Virus record (IMG/VR): IMGVR_UViG_3300047279_000042
Span: 1 to 35,569 of that record
Length of the DNA: 35,569 bases
Direction: 5' to 3' (one strand)
Source: a virus
Taxonomy: Duplodnaviria; Caudoviricetes
In this document: positions 1-8,479 of the stretch, in pieces
Position numbering within the stretch: position 1 is the stretch's first letter
How the letters are laid out: every line of letters begins with the position of its first letter
Notes under the pieces: generated by a model
The model's database searches: none
The model's input: the letters and a program-made list of their open reading frames with translations, nothing else
Told to the model about the DNA's origin: nothing
Made by a program: the position numbers and the translations under genes

Positions 1-203
1 GGCTGGGGATGTCTCTGGCCTATCTACTGAAAAGCTGAATATTCTTAAAAGCATTCTGTCTCAGAGTCTAGACATTGATCGCCCTGCACCAGCTCCAGCG
101 CCAGCATTGGCCCAGCCACTGCCAGAAGCTCCAACCCAACGCCTGCGATCCATTGGCCAAGGTGTCACGATGGGTGCATCCGATGAGATGGAAGCTCAAT
201 TGC
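1..203. repeat. Terminal overlap, left copy (circular assembly / terminal redundancy)
   Basis: Nt 1-203 (GGCTGGGGATGTCTCT...GCTCAATTGC) match 35355-35569, except that the right copy has one extra CCAGCTCCAGCG unit. Confidence 0.95.
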
Positions 204-1996
204 GCTCTTCTGTGACTGGTGAAAACTATGACAAGGCACTTGCTGACATTAGAAGCAAGATGAAGGCTTACCAGGCCCAGTCACCTTTTGAGGCATTGGG
301 TTATGAAGCGCTTGGCGGTGTTGGATCAGCGGCTGCATTGACTGCGGCCACTGGTGGCACGGCTGCACCATTGACTGGGCCAAGAATAGCGGCCAGCATG
401 GCTCCACTGGTCAGGGCATTGGCCGGCACTTCAGCGCTTGGTGGCGCTCAAGGTGGCATCACCGGATTTATGACTGGCGAGGGAGACTTTGCAGCCCGTG
501 CGGCCAGAGTGCCAAGCTCAACAATGATGGGTGCAACTCTTGCCCCAGCAGTGCAGGCCACATTCATGGGCGCTGGCAAGGTCACAGACATGGCGCTCGA
601 TGCTGCCAGGCGCTTGGCCGGTGGTCGGGGTGGCAAGGCAGCAGAGGCTGAGATTCAACGCCTTGCAGGCGAGACTGGCCTGACCACAGACGAAATCGTG
701 CAGCGCATTGCCAATGGCGAAATCTTGGCCGAAAACCAAACATTACTGCAAGCTGTGCGCGGCCTGTACACCCAAGGCGGCAAGGCATCCACAACAATTC
801 AAGGCGCTTTATCTACACGCCCAGACACTTTGCGCAGAGAAGCATTGACAGATATGCAGCAGAAGCTGGTCAGCGGTCTCAATCCCAACTTTACTGGACC
901 ACGCCCACAGAATGAAAATGTCTTGCGTTTTTATCGATCAACCAATGACGAAGCAAAGGCATTGGAAAACCAAGCCTACAAAGACTCTTATGGCACTGGC
1001 GGCATCATTGGCCAAGATTTATTGGGAAGTCTTAAAGACGCACTGCAAAGATCGCCAACGGCCATTGCCGACATCAATGCAATCTACACGGCCCAGACAG
1101 GCAAGAAGCCATTTTTCTCCTTTGACAAAGATGGCGAAATTGTGTTTGCCAAAGCGCCAACATTGGAAGATGCTGAAGTTGTCCGAAGAGGTATTCAGAC
1201 ATCAATTGACTCTGCCTTTACAAGTGGCAAGGGTGGTGTTGGAGCAGCTCTTAAACCCGTTGAGGGCGCTTTGAGAGATGCTATTGATTCATCATCACCA
1301 AGACTGGCTGCAACCCGTGCTGAAGCCTCACAGCTTAGAAGCGCAAGGGATGCATTCAAAGAAGGCCGCACCATCTTTAGCAAGAGCGCAGATGAGGTCC
1401 AAATAATGATGGAAGACATGGCCAGCAACCCTGGCGCAGTCAATGCGTTTAGGGCTGGCGCTATGGATGCCATTCGCAATCAAATGGGATCAGGTCGCGC
1501 CAAGTCCATGATGGGTGTGCTGGCCAGTCCTGAGACCAAGCAAGGCGCTATCTTGCGCACCATTTACCCTGGTGACGAGCTTGATGGCATCTTGACCCGC
1601 ATTGGCACAGCTGCCCAGTCGCAGGCTGCCAAGAATAGGGTTCTTGGTGGATCGGATACAGCGTCATCAGTAATGCAGGCTGCGCGTACTGGCTCAACAC
1701 TTACTGCTGACGATCTGGCCAGCGCTGCTACCGGAAGCCCAATGGCTGCATTCCGAGTGGTCAGCAAAATGCTAGGTGAGTCCAACAAGGGAATGTCAGA
1801 GCAAGATCGCCAGCGTGTGGCCCAGATTCTGATCTCAGAAGACCCAGAGATTGTGCGCAAAGCATTGCGTGATGAAAGCGGCATGGCCAGATTGCAGCAG
1901 GCCGTGGCGGCTGGTGCGAGAATGCTTGGCAAGACTGTGCCTTATGGTGCAAGCTACATTGGCGCGACAATGCCAAGACCTATCTACGGCCAATAA
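1..1996 (+). CDS. Internal virion / DNA-ejection protein, 3' part (true start at 35305, gene wraps the circular junction)
   Basis: The frame of ORF 107..1996 is open from nt 2 and continues the frame begun at ATG 35305. The protein is Ala/Gly-rich and helical with hydrophobic glycine-zipper segments, and it follows other ejection-type genes. Confidence 0.7.
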   Translation, partial: AGDVSGLSTEKLNILKSILSQSLDIDRPAPAPAPALAQPLPEAPTQRLRSIGQGVTMGASDEMEAQLRSSVTGENYDKALADIRSKMKAYQAQSPFEALGYEALGGVGSAAALTAATGGTAAPLTGPRIAASMAPLVRALAGTSALGGAQGGITGFMTGEGDFAARAARVPSSTMMGATLAPAVQATFMGAGKVTDMALDAARRLAGGRGGKAAEAEIQRLAGETGLTTDEIVQRIANGEILAENQTLLQAVRGLYTQGGKASTTIQGALSTRPDTLRREALTDMQQKLVSGLNPNFTGPRPQNENVLRFYRSTNDEAKALENQAYKDSYGTGGIIGQDLLGSLKDALQRSPTAIADINAIYTAQTGKKPFFSFDKDGEIVFAKAPTLEDAEVVRRGIQTSIDSAFTSGKGGVGAALKPVEGALRDAIDSSSPRLAATRAEASQLRSARDAFKEGRTIFSKSADEVQIMMEDMASNPGAVNAFRAGAMDAIRNQMGSGRAKSMMGVLASPETKQGAILRTIYPGDELDGILTRIGTAAQSQAAKNRVLGGSDTASSVMQAARTGSTLTADDLASAATGSPMAAFRVVSKMLGESNKGMSEQDRQRVAQILISEDPEIVRKALRDESGMARLQQAVAAGARMLGKTVPYGASYIGATMPRPIYGQ

Positions 1997-2005
1997 GGGG
2001 TAAAC

Positions 2006-3553
2006 ATGGCAGGCTTGCTGGACTACTTAGAGGGCATTGGAGAGACTGGTGCGACACTTGGCACTGGACTCTTGTCTGGTGTTGTTGGCGCTCCATACGG
2101 GCTGTTTAAAGGCATCACCAGTGGCCGCTATGGCAGCCCAGAGGCTGTGCGTATTGCCGAGGAAGAGGCCAAAAAATTCATGGAGCGCAACACCTATGTC
2201 CCAAGGGGCAAGGTGGCCCAAGAGGCTTTTAGCAAGGCTGCACAGCTCATGGAAGCAAGCAAGCTGCCACCAATAATTCCAGAAGCTATTGCACTTGGCT
2301 CAATTCCTCGCCAGGCTTATCTGGCCCAAGCCGAGCGCAGGGGCATGGACCTAGAACGGGCCATGGAGCCAAGGGTTAAAAAAATGCTTGAGCGTGGTGG
2401 TGTTGGCGCTGATATCTTGCAGGGATTAGCGCAGGGTACTCGGTCAAATGTTTACTTACCAAATACGCCATCAAATCGAAACCCATTAGTTGGAACTCGA
2501 TACGAGACTCAGCAGCTACCAGGCATTGTGGCCAGAAGGCCAGTCAACTATGACGAAATGCGTGGTGGCAGCATAATGACTTATCCGACTGATATATTGA
2601 GTCGCAATACGTTAGTCACCAGTGTCAGTGATATTCCACTTGGAAACAATGCGTTTGTCACACCAGGCGGTTTGATGTACATGATGGATGAAAATAACAT
2701 TGCCAAAAAAATTGGCTATGCATCAAATCAGGCTGCTGCAACTTCTCAAAACAATAGAGCGTTACAGGCCATTGAAGAAAATTTGAAGATGGGTGGAACT
2801 GGCCGTATTTTTATGGCCCCTCACACAATGCCACCAGGTGGTGAGAACTTCTCAACTGGTCCAACACTTGGTCTGCTATCAATGATTGACGCAACTAATC
2901 CCAGTCCATCTCTTTTGAATACCATTTCAGATCAGATTAGAGCAGCCACAGTCAAAGGCGTAAAAGGAAAATACAAAGATTTTGTTGGCTTGAATGATCC
3001 AATGGCGGCAGCGCAATTGCTTACCGGCCAAGGTTTAAAGGCTGGAAGTGCAGGCGATTTGAGAAAAGTGTTTGTTGACAAGATGAGCAATGTTGCTGCT
3101 GAAAAAGGGTTGGACTTTAACTATCCAGACTTACAAAGGGCCATGTTTGATCCAAATGTTATGAATAGGCCCAGCTTCTGGATGGGCGATGCAATCTATG
3201 AAGCATTGCCAAAACTTGGAATTCAACCTGGTACGCATGGCGCTTATGGCTACGATATGCCAGGCATATTCTTTGGCAATACCAGAGGCGCTCCAATCAA
3301 TGAATTCATGCAGCCGGTATACAACAAGATTTTGCCAACGCAAATGAACAAGCCTGGTTCTGGCTATAAGAGTGCTTCACTTGAAGATTTATTCGGTCAA
3401 ATCCAAATGCCTGGAGATATACCAGCCGGCAGGACTTATGCAGACCCAAATCAATTGACCAGAGGGAAGTTGTCCACAGCTGGTGAAAACATTTCCATGT
3501 TTATGGATGATGCTCAAATCAAACGACTCAAGAAACTTCTTGGGGAAGAGTGA
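2006..3553 (+). CDS. Putative internal virion protein with uncharacterised C-terminal domain (515 aa)
   Basis: AGGGG RBS before ATG 2006; N-terminus MAGLLDYL..GATLGTGLLSG is typical of injected proteins; last gene of the late operon. Confidence 0.55.
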   Translation: MAGLLDYLEGIGETGATLGTGLLSGVVGAPYGLFKGITSGRYGSPEAVRIAEEEAKKFMERNTYVPRGKVAQEAFSKAAQLMEASKLPPIIPEAIALGSIPRQAYLAQAERRGMDLERAMEPRVKKMLERGGVGADILQGLAQGTRSNVYLPNTPSNRNPLVGTRYETQQLPGIVARRPVNYDEMRGGSIMTYPTDILSRNTLVTSVSDIPLGNNAFVTPGGLMYMMDENNIAKKIGYASNQAAATSQNNRALQAIEENLKMGGTGRIFMAPHTMPPGGENFSTGPTLGLLSMIDATNPSPSLLNTISDQIRAATVKGVKGKYKDFVGLNDPMAAAQLLTGQGLKAGSAGDLRKVFVDKMSNVAAEKGLDFNYPDLQRAMFDPNVMNRPSFWMGDAIYEALPKLGIQPGTHGAYGYDMPGIFFGNTRGAPINEFMQPVYNKILPTQMNKPGSGYKSASLEDLFGQIQMPGDIPAGRTYADPNQLTRGKLSTAGENISMFMDDAQIKRLKKLLGEE

Positions 3554-3701
3554 CCATGATGATGTAATGCTCAAGAGCGCGAATAGCCTCTTCAGCAATG
3601 GCCTGCTGTTCTGGGCCGGTCATCTTATTGATGGCTCTGTCTGGCTGCACATCGATGTTGATGCCAAAACTAGACAGTTGAACGTCTAAAACTATTTTCA
3701 T
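3528..3701 (-). CDS. Small hypothetical protein (57 aa, MKIVLDVQLSSFGINIDVQPD...LPQEVS), not in ORF track
   Basis: Translated by hand. ATG 3701 overlaps the stop of 3698..4090 (ATGA coupling); stop TGA at 3530-3528; overlaps the end of 2006..3553 convergently. Confidence 0.65.
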   Translation of the reverse strand: MKIVLDVQLSSFGINIDVQPDRAINKMTGPEQQAIAEEAIRALEHYIIMVTLPQEVS

Positions 3702-4090
3702 ACTATTCCCCCAAAAAACGCGGCCACAAGTGGGTCGCGTTTAACAACCCGTCTTTTCTGTCTGCGTCTGGCCAAGCCAAAGTCTTTGTCGTCTGCTGAC
3801 ATTTTCTCTCTGTATTTTTTGATGCGCTCTGAGCCTGGCACTGGCCCAGGCGCTTCAGCATCAATCCCATCACCCCATGACCACAGAGGCCGCCACTGGC
3901 CATTGGCGCTCACTCTGGTGTATCCGCTGATATAGACCAAGTCATGGCGGTGCAGATCAAACAGAATCCTTGCAGCACTGCGCCTGGCACAGAAGCACAG
4001 CTTGGCCAAGTCAAGGTCTGAGAGGTTCCCTTTCTTTTGGAGCGCTGCCTCAATGGCAGGCTCTACACGGGGTTTTAAGCCTCTGGCCAT
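3698..4090 (-). CDS. Hypothetical protein, probable winged-HTH DNA-binding protein
   Basis: LSDLDLAKLCFCARRSAARILFDLHRHDLVYISGY resembles a wHTH; basic C-terminus; lies in a coupled leftward operon. Confidence 0.55.
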   Translation of the reverse strand: MARGLKPRVEPAIEAALQKKGNLSDLDLAKLCFCARRSAARILFDLHRHDLVYISGYTRVSANGQWRPLWSWGDGIDAEAPGPVPGSERIKKYREKMSADDKDFGLARRRQKRRVVKRDPLVAAFFGGIV

Positions 4091-4257
4091 GTGCTGGTCT
4101 CCATTCGGGCTTTTAAGCGCTGGAGCATCGTTTTGACAACGTATGCATGGGTTCTGACATCTTTGTTGATGGCATACCCATAAATCTCTGGATCGACCAT
4201 GGCACTGACCAGGTCAAGACAAGCCTCAAGGGCCAAAGGCAATTCTTTATCGGTCAT
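4075..4257 (-). CDS. Hypothetical phage protein (MTDKELPLALEACLDLV...)
   Basis: ATG 4257 is preceded by GGAGAAG on the minus strand; overlaps both neighbours in the operon. Confidence 0.6.
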   Translation of the reverse strand: MTDKELPLALEACLDLVSAMVDPEIYGYAINKDVRTHAYVVKTMLQRLKARMETSTWPEA

Positions 4258-4522
4258 TGAACTTCTCCAGCGCAGAGACCTCAATGTGGTCCACCATGGA
4301 CTGCAAGATCATGTGGGCAATGTCCACATCAGTGCCGGCAATGTATGCATTGTTGAGGGTCATGCACTCTTCAATATCAGGCTCATAAGGCGCACCATAA
4401 GAGTCGGTGTAGCCTTTCTCTTCTGGGCTGTATTCCAAGAAACAGACCAGGTCAACGTCTTCAACTGAGCATTCAAACTGGAACAAGTCTTTGGGGCATG
4501 GGGGTGTGGGGCCGTAGTTCAT
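4247..4522 (-). CDS. Acidic hypothetical phage protein (91 aa)
   Basis: GGAGGGG RBS upstream on the minus strand; tight operon packing. Confidence 0.7.
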   Translation of the reverse strand: MNYGPTPPCPKDLFQFECSVEDVDLVCFLEYSPEEKGYTDSYGAPYEPDIEECMTLNNAYIAGTDVDIAHMILQSMVDHIEVSALEKFNDR

Positions 4523-4525
4523 GGC

Positions 4526-4618
4526 TCAACCCCTCCAAGCCAACATCACGCCAATGCCACCAAAGATGATGATGGCCAAGGTGCATTCGATCAGGGTGGT
4601 AATAATTTTCTGTTTCAT
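4526..4618 (-). CDS. Small single-TM membrane peptide (30 aa, MKQKIITTLIECTLAIIIFGGIGVMLAWRG), not in ORF track
   Basis: Translated by hand; fills the gap in the leftward operon; one hydrophobic helix. Confidence 0.6.
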   Translation of the reverse strand: MKQKIITTLIECTLAIIIFGGIGVMLAWRG

Positions 4619-4635
4619 CGGTTTCTTTCGTTAAT

Positions 4636-4649
4636 GGGGCCGAAGCCCC
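4636..4649 (-). other. Stable cUUCGg hairpin between early genes
   Basis: Minus strand reads GGGGC-TTCG-GCCCC. No U-tract follows, so it is more likely an mRNA stability/processing element than an intrinsic terminator. Confidence 0.5.
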
Positions 4650-4656
4650 GTGGGTT

Positions 4657-4857
4657 TTATTTAACAGCTTTTAAAACTTCAGTGTCAACCCAGTCGCCAA
4701 TCTGGGCAGGCATCCAGCCGTTTTTTTGTTGGCGGCCCAGGTGTGTGCTGGCCATGTGGCAATAAGTATTGCCATCACGCTGTGCGCCCACAGCGACAAT
4801 GCGCCATGTGTCGCCCAGATGGACAATGACTTTGTTGAAGAGTTGGTTTGTGTTCAT
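4657..4857 (-). CDS. Hypothetical early protein (66 aa)
   Basis: GGAG RBS upstream; first gene after a sigma70-like promoter. Confidence 0.7.
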   Translation of the reverse strand: MNTNQLFNKVIVHLGDTWRIVAVGAQRDGNTYCHMASTHLGRQQKNGWMPAQIGDWVDTEVLKAVK

Positions 4858-4890
4858 TTCGTTTACTCCGTTTTGTGTTGGTGTAACGGA

Positions 4891-4918
4891 TTATGCCATA
4901 AAACAAATATGTGTAAAC
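4891..4918 (-). promoter_or_regulatory. Sigma70-like leftward early promoter
   Basis: Minus strand reads TTTACA-16 nt-CATAAT with an extended TG motif, in an AT-rich divergent intergenic region. Confidence 0.55.
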
Positions 4919-4969
4919 AATTATTTTTATCTGTTGTTTTTATACATAAAGCGCAATTAGAATGCGCCC

Positions 4970-5170
4970 ATGGAATCAATTCACACTATCAGGGCAAGGG
5001 CCAAGGCTCACAAGATCACCATGGCTGCGGTGTGCGAAGCCGCTGGCATCCAGCAGTCCCAAGTCAGCCGGTGGCTGAGTGGAACTGTGGAGCCTCTGTG
5101 GACATCAGTCAATCAATTGAACATTGCGCTCAACAAACTGATCGACCAATCACCAGTCATTGTCGATTGA
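4970..5170 (+). CDS. Cro/CI-type (XRE) helix-turn-helix regulator (66 aa)
   Basis: ITMAAVCEAAGIQQSQVSRWLSGTVEP is a classic XRE HTH pattern; divergent from the early operon. Confidence 0.85.
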   Translation: MESIHTIRARAKAHKITMAAVCEAAGIQQSQVSRWLSGTVEPLWTSVNQLNIALNKLIDQSPVIVD

Positions 5171-5716
5171 GGCAGCAGCCGGTGCGCTGGCTTTCTTTGG
5201 CGAGATTCCAAAGTCAGCAGCCGCACTGGGTTTGCTACCACCCAATGACTCACCCTTTTCCAAGAGCATGATGTTGTTGAGGCCAAAGCTGACACCCTTG
5301 TTTCCGGCTTGGTCATACGCATAGGCATTGACCGCCACTCGGCCATAGTCGCCAGAGACGATTTCATTGCTACCCAAGATGTCGTGGCCATGGGCATCGA
5401 CTGCACCAGGCTTGGCCGTTGACTTGGTGTTGAAAAAGAAGTGGCCAGCGTATTCAGCGCTTAATGGCGAGCCATCAGATTTCACCTCAGTGTCGCCATC
5501 ACGCAATGGATTGCGAACAGTCTTTGGTATTTTGTCTCCGAACTTGGCAGTCAGTGCCTCTTTGGCTGCGGCCTTTAACTGGGCCACAGTCTCGGTGTCA
5601 GTCTTTGGGACCAGCACCTGAGTGGAGAACTCTTCTTTGCCGTTCATCTCATTCTTACGAGCAGTCAGTGCTGAGAAATAAGAGAAGCGAACTTTACCGG
5701 TTACGACTTTTGTCAT
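5150..5716 (-). CDS. ssb: Phage single-stranded DNA-binding protein (DUF2815 / T7 gp2.5-like OB fold)
   Basis: Motifs VRFSY, KIPK..RNPLRDGD, SGDYGRV.VNAYAY..GNKGVSFGLNNI.L..GE.LGG; acidic/aromatic C-terminus DNDW; AAGGA RBS. Confidence 0.9.
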   Translation of the reverse strand: MTKVVTGKVRFSYFSALTARKNEMNGKEEFSTQVLVPKTDTETVAQLKAAAKEALTAKFGDKIPKTVRNPLRDGDTEVKSDGSPLSAEYAGHFFFNTKSTAKPGAVDAHGHDILGSNEIVSGDYGRVAVNAYAYDQAGNKGVSFGLNNIMLLEKGESLGGSKPSAAADFGISPKKASAPAAASIDNDW

Positions 5717-5839
5717 GGTTTTTTCCTTTTAAGGGTTTAAGGGGTTAATGGTTTACTACGTTTCTGCGATTAAACAGAAATTGCACTTTAGCACAAATGT
5801 CAGTTAAGATGCCTGCAAGTTAAAACGAGGAAACCGAAA

Positions 5840-7066
5840 ATGCAGTTATTTCCCCATCAGCAGGAAGCCAAGCTCTTCTTGCTCTCTAGGCGAAGGGCCA
5901 TACTGGCCGACCAACCCCGTGTTGGCAAGACGCTACCCACAGCAGCTGCTGCCCTAGAAAACCTACCAGCCCTGATCGTTTGCCCAGCCATTGCCAAGAC
6001 AGTTTGGGAGGCGGCATTTGCTCAGCTGGCCCCCAACGTCTCGGTCCATGTGGTCAATGGCAAACGTGGCGCTTCAGAGGTGAATAGCGCAGACATCACC
6101 ATCATCAACTACGATGTGTTGCAGTATGGTGTGACGCAAGTGGACAGATATAACACTCTAGTCTTGGATGAGTGCCACAGGATTAAGAATCCAAAAGCCC
6201 AAAGAACCAAGGCCGCCATGCTGGCCATGAAGAAGGTGGGCCATGTCTACGCATTGTCTGGCACGCCAATTCCAAATCGGCCCATCGAGTTGTGGCCCAT
6301 CCTGCACGGCCTTGGCATTTACAGAGGCGGCTGGTACGACTTTGCAGGCCGTTATGCAAAGATGTGGGTCGCACCATGGGGCCTAGACACCAGTGGCGCG
6401 TCTAACCTGGTCGAACTCAAAGAGCTGATGAAGCCCCATGTGCTGAGACGCAAAAAAGAAAACATCTTTAAAGACTACAAAGACCCACAAGTGTCTCTGA
6501 TCACCTTTGATCTGGCCAATGACAAACGCGAGCAAGCCTTTGATGCCGATGCCTTGATGGCAAACCCCAATGCCTTGCTGGCCTTTGAGGGTCTGGCAGA
6601 GATCATGCGGGAAGCCGGTATGCGCAAGGTCAAGGCCGCCAGTGAATTCATCGATGACCTCTTGCAGGCCAATGAGCCGGTGGTGGTCTTTGCGCACCAT
6701 AAGGATGTGGTGGCCGAGCTGGAGAAACTGCTATTTGTCCACAAGCCCGTGATCGTGGTGGGTGACACATCAAGGGCCAAGCGCGACAAGGCCATTGCAG
6801 ATTTCCAAGCCGGCCAGACCAAATGCATCATTGGCAACATTGCTGCAATGAGTGAAGGTGTGGACCTATCGGCTGCCGACACCATTGTCTTTGTTGAATG
6901 TACTTGGTCCACATCGGCACTGGAGCAGGCATCAAGCCGTGTGGAAAACATCAACAAGTCAGGCATTCCACCCGTCATCTACATTCTGACCATCAAGGCA
7001 TCCCTCGACCACAATGTGCTGGCCAAGGTCTTAAAAAAGCTCAATGTCGTCAATCAAATCATTTAA
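5840..7066 (+). CDS. SNF2-like superfamily 2 helicase
   Basis: LADQPRVGKT (motif I), LDECHRIKN (DExH), LSGTP (III), EGVDL and EQASSR (V/VI); GAGG RBS. Confidence 0.92.
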   Translation: MQLFPHQQEAKLFLLSRRRAILADQPRVGKTLPTAAAALENLPALIVCPAIAKTVWEAAFAQLAPNVSVHVVNGKRGASEVNSADITIINYDVLQYGVTQVDRYNTLVLDECHRIKNPKAQRTKAAMLAMKKVGHVYALSGTPIPNRPIELWPILHGLGIYRGGWYDFAGRYAKMWVAPWGLDTSGASNLVELKELMKPHVLRRKKENIFKDYKDPQVSLITFDLANDKREQAFDADALMANPNALLAFEGLAEIMREAGMRKVKAASEFIDDLLQANEPVVVFAHHKDVVAELEKLLFVHKPVIVVGDTSRAKRDKAIADFQAGQTKCIIGNIAAMSEGVDLSAADTIVFVECTWSTSALEQASSRVENINKSGIPPVIYILTIKASLDHNVLAKVLKKLNVVNQII

Positions 7067-7081
7067 CCAACTGGAGAAACC

Positions 7082-8089
7082 ATGCAACATGAAACCCGAA
7101 AACACGCCCGACTCTCAGCATCCCGCACAGACAGATTCATGTCTTGCCCAGGCTCATACCGGCTTGAATCCCTCATGCCTTACGAGCCAGCAGGAGAAGC
7201 CGCTGCCATTGGCACAGCAATCCATGAACTCTCTGAGATCATTCTGTCAGGCCGTGCAGTCCCTGCCGACACCGACAAGGACCATGTGGCCATGGCCCAA
7301 GGCTATGCAGACTTTGTCAACACTCTGGTCGAGAATCCGCGCAAGAAGCTGATTGAGGTCAACCTCGATGAAGGTCTGAAGTCCCTGCACCCAGCGCTTG
7401 GTGGGACTGCTGATGCCATCCTGGTCGATGGCAACCACCTGCATGTCATTGATCTGAAGACTGGCCGTGTGGCCGTGGAGGCCGAGGACAACAAGCAGCT
7501 CTTGACCTATGCCCTTGGCGCGATGCGTCAGCTCAAAGCGCCAAACACCATCGAATGCACCATGCACATCTATCAGCCCCGTGTTGGCCACAGCAAGTGG
7601 ACAGTGTCGGGCAACCGATTGGAGCTACACGGCAGGCGCTTACAAGAGGCAGCCGAGCTGGCGCTCACAAGCGATGCACCTACAAGCCCCTCTCCGGATG
7701 CCTGCCGGTACTGCAAGGCCAAGACCATTTGCCCCAGTATGCGTGAGAAGGTCCAAGAGACCGCTAGGAACGATTTCAAGCCTGACACGACAGTCACCCC
7801 TGAGATGCTCGATGACGCTGCTCTGGTGGCCGCATGGGCCGATGCAGTGCAGTCTGCCGCCAAAGAGCAACTGACCAATGGCAAAGCAATCACTGGCTGG
7901 ACCATGCGTGCAGGCCGTAAGACAAAATTCTGGAAAGACGAAGCGCTTGTCATGGAGGCATTCAAGGACAACATGAGCGCATGGGAACTCAAAAGCCCCA
8001 GTGCTGTCTTGAAACTCGGTGTCGAAGTCAGCGAAAGCCTAGTCGGTGAGAAGGTGGCTGCGGCTTCTTTGGTGAGGAGCAAAGAATGA
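7082..8089 (+). CDS. Cas4-like PD-(D/E)xK exonuclease (DUF2800 family)
   Basis: HARLSAS..CPGS, GTAIHE, GGTADAI, IDLKTG, QL..YALG and CRYC..K..CP (Fe-S cysteines). Confidence 0.88.
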   Translation: MQHETRKHARLSASRTDRFMSCPGSYRLESLMPYEPAGEAAAIGTAIHELSEIILSGRAVPADTDKDHVAMAQGYADFVNTLVENPRKKLIEVNLDEGLKSLHPALGGTADAILVDGNHLHVIDLKTGRVAVEAEDNKQLLTYALGAMRQLKAPNTIECTMHIYQPRVGHSKWTVSGNRLELHGRRLQEAAELALTSDAPTSPSPDACRYCKAKTICPSMREKVQETARNDFKPDTTVTPEMLDDAALVAAWADAVQSAAKEQLTNGKAITGWTMRAGRKTKFWKDEALVMEAFKDNMSAWELKSPSAVLKLGVEVSESLVGEKVAAASLVRSKE

Positions 8090-8361
8090 ACAAGTCAATG
8101 TGGAATAACGAGGCAGTCAAAGCCTATGAATCTGGCCAAGGTGTGGTGCTGGTTGAAAAGCCCTATCCGCACTATGAGCCTGTGGCGTGTTTACCGCCAA
8201 CCCCAATTAGCGAGAATGCTCTCTACACCACCCCACCACAGCGCACATGGGTTGGGCTGACGGATGACGAGGTTTACAGAATAGCGTTTGAATTAGAGGG
8301 CGAGCATTGGAGGAAGATTGCCGATGCCATTGAATCCAAACTCAAAGCAAAAAACACTTAA
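8086..8361 (+). CDS. Hypothetical phage protein
   Basis: ATGA-coupled to the upstream gene; C-terminal module LYTTPPQRTWVGLTDDE..AIESKLKAKNT is of a kind common in proteobacterial phages. Confidence 0.65.
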   Translation: MNKSMWNNEAVKAYESGQGVVLVEKPYPHYEPVACLPPTPISENALYTTPPQRTWVGLTDDEVYRIAFELEGEHWRKIADAIESKLKAKNT

Positions 8362-8384
8362 AGAATAGAATCCAATCCCGTGCC

Positions 8385-8423
8385 AAAAGAAAAGACCTGA
8401 TAGCGCGTAAACGCTACCAGGTC
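8385..8423 (-). terminator. Intrinsic terminator on the antisense strand upstream of the primase
   Basis: Minus strand reads GACCTGGTAGCG-TTTACG-CGCTATCAGGTC-TTTTCTTTT: a 12-bp stem with one G-U pair followed by a U-tract. Confidence 0.7.
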
Positions 8424-8479
8424 AAAAGTTCAACTCTCATGGCAACTAACAAATGAAACCCCTAACTAAAGGAATTTCA

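Noticed and set aside
7082-8089. CRISPR-Cas system based on the Cas4-like gene
   Set aside because: It is a stand-alone DUF2800-type nuclease in a replication module; no other cas genes or array are present.
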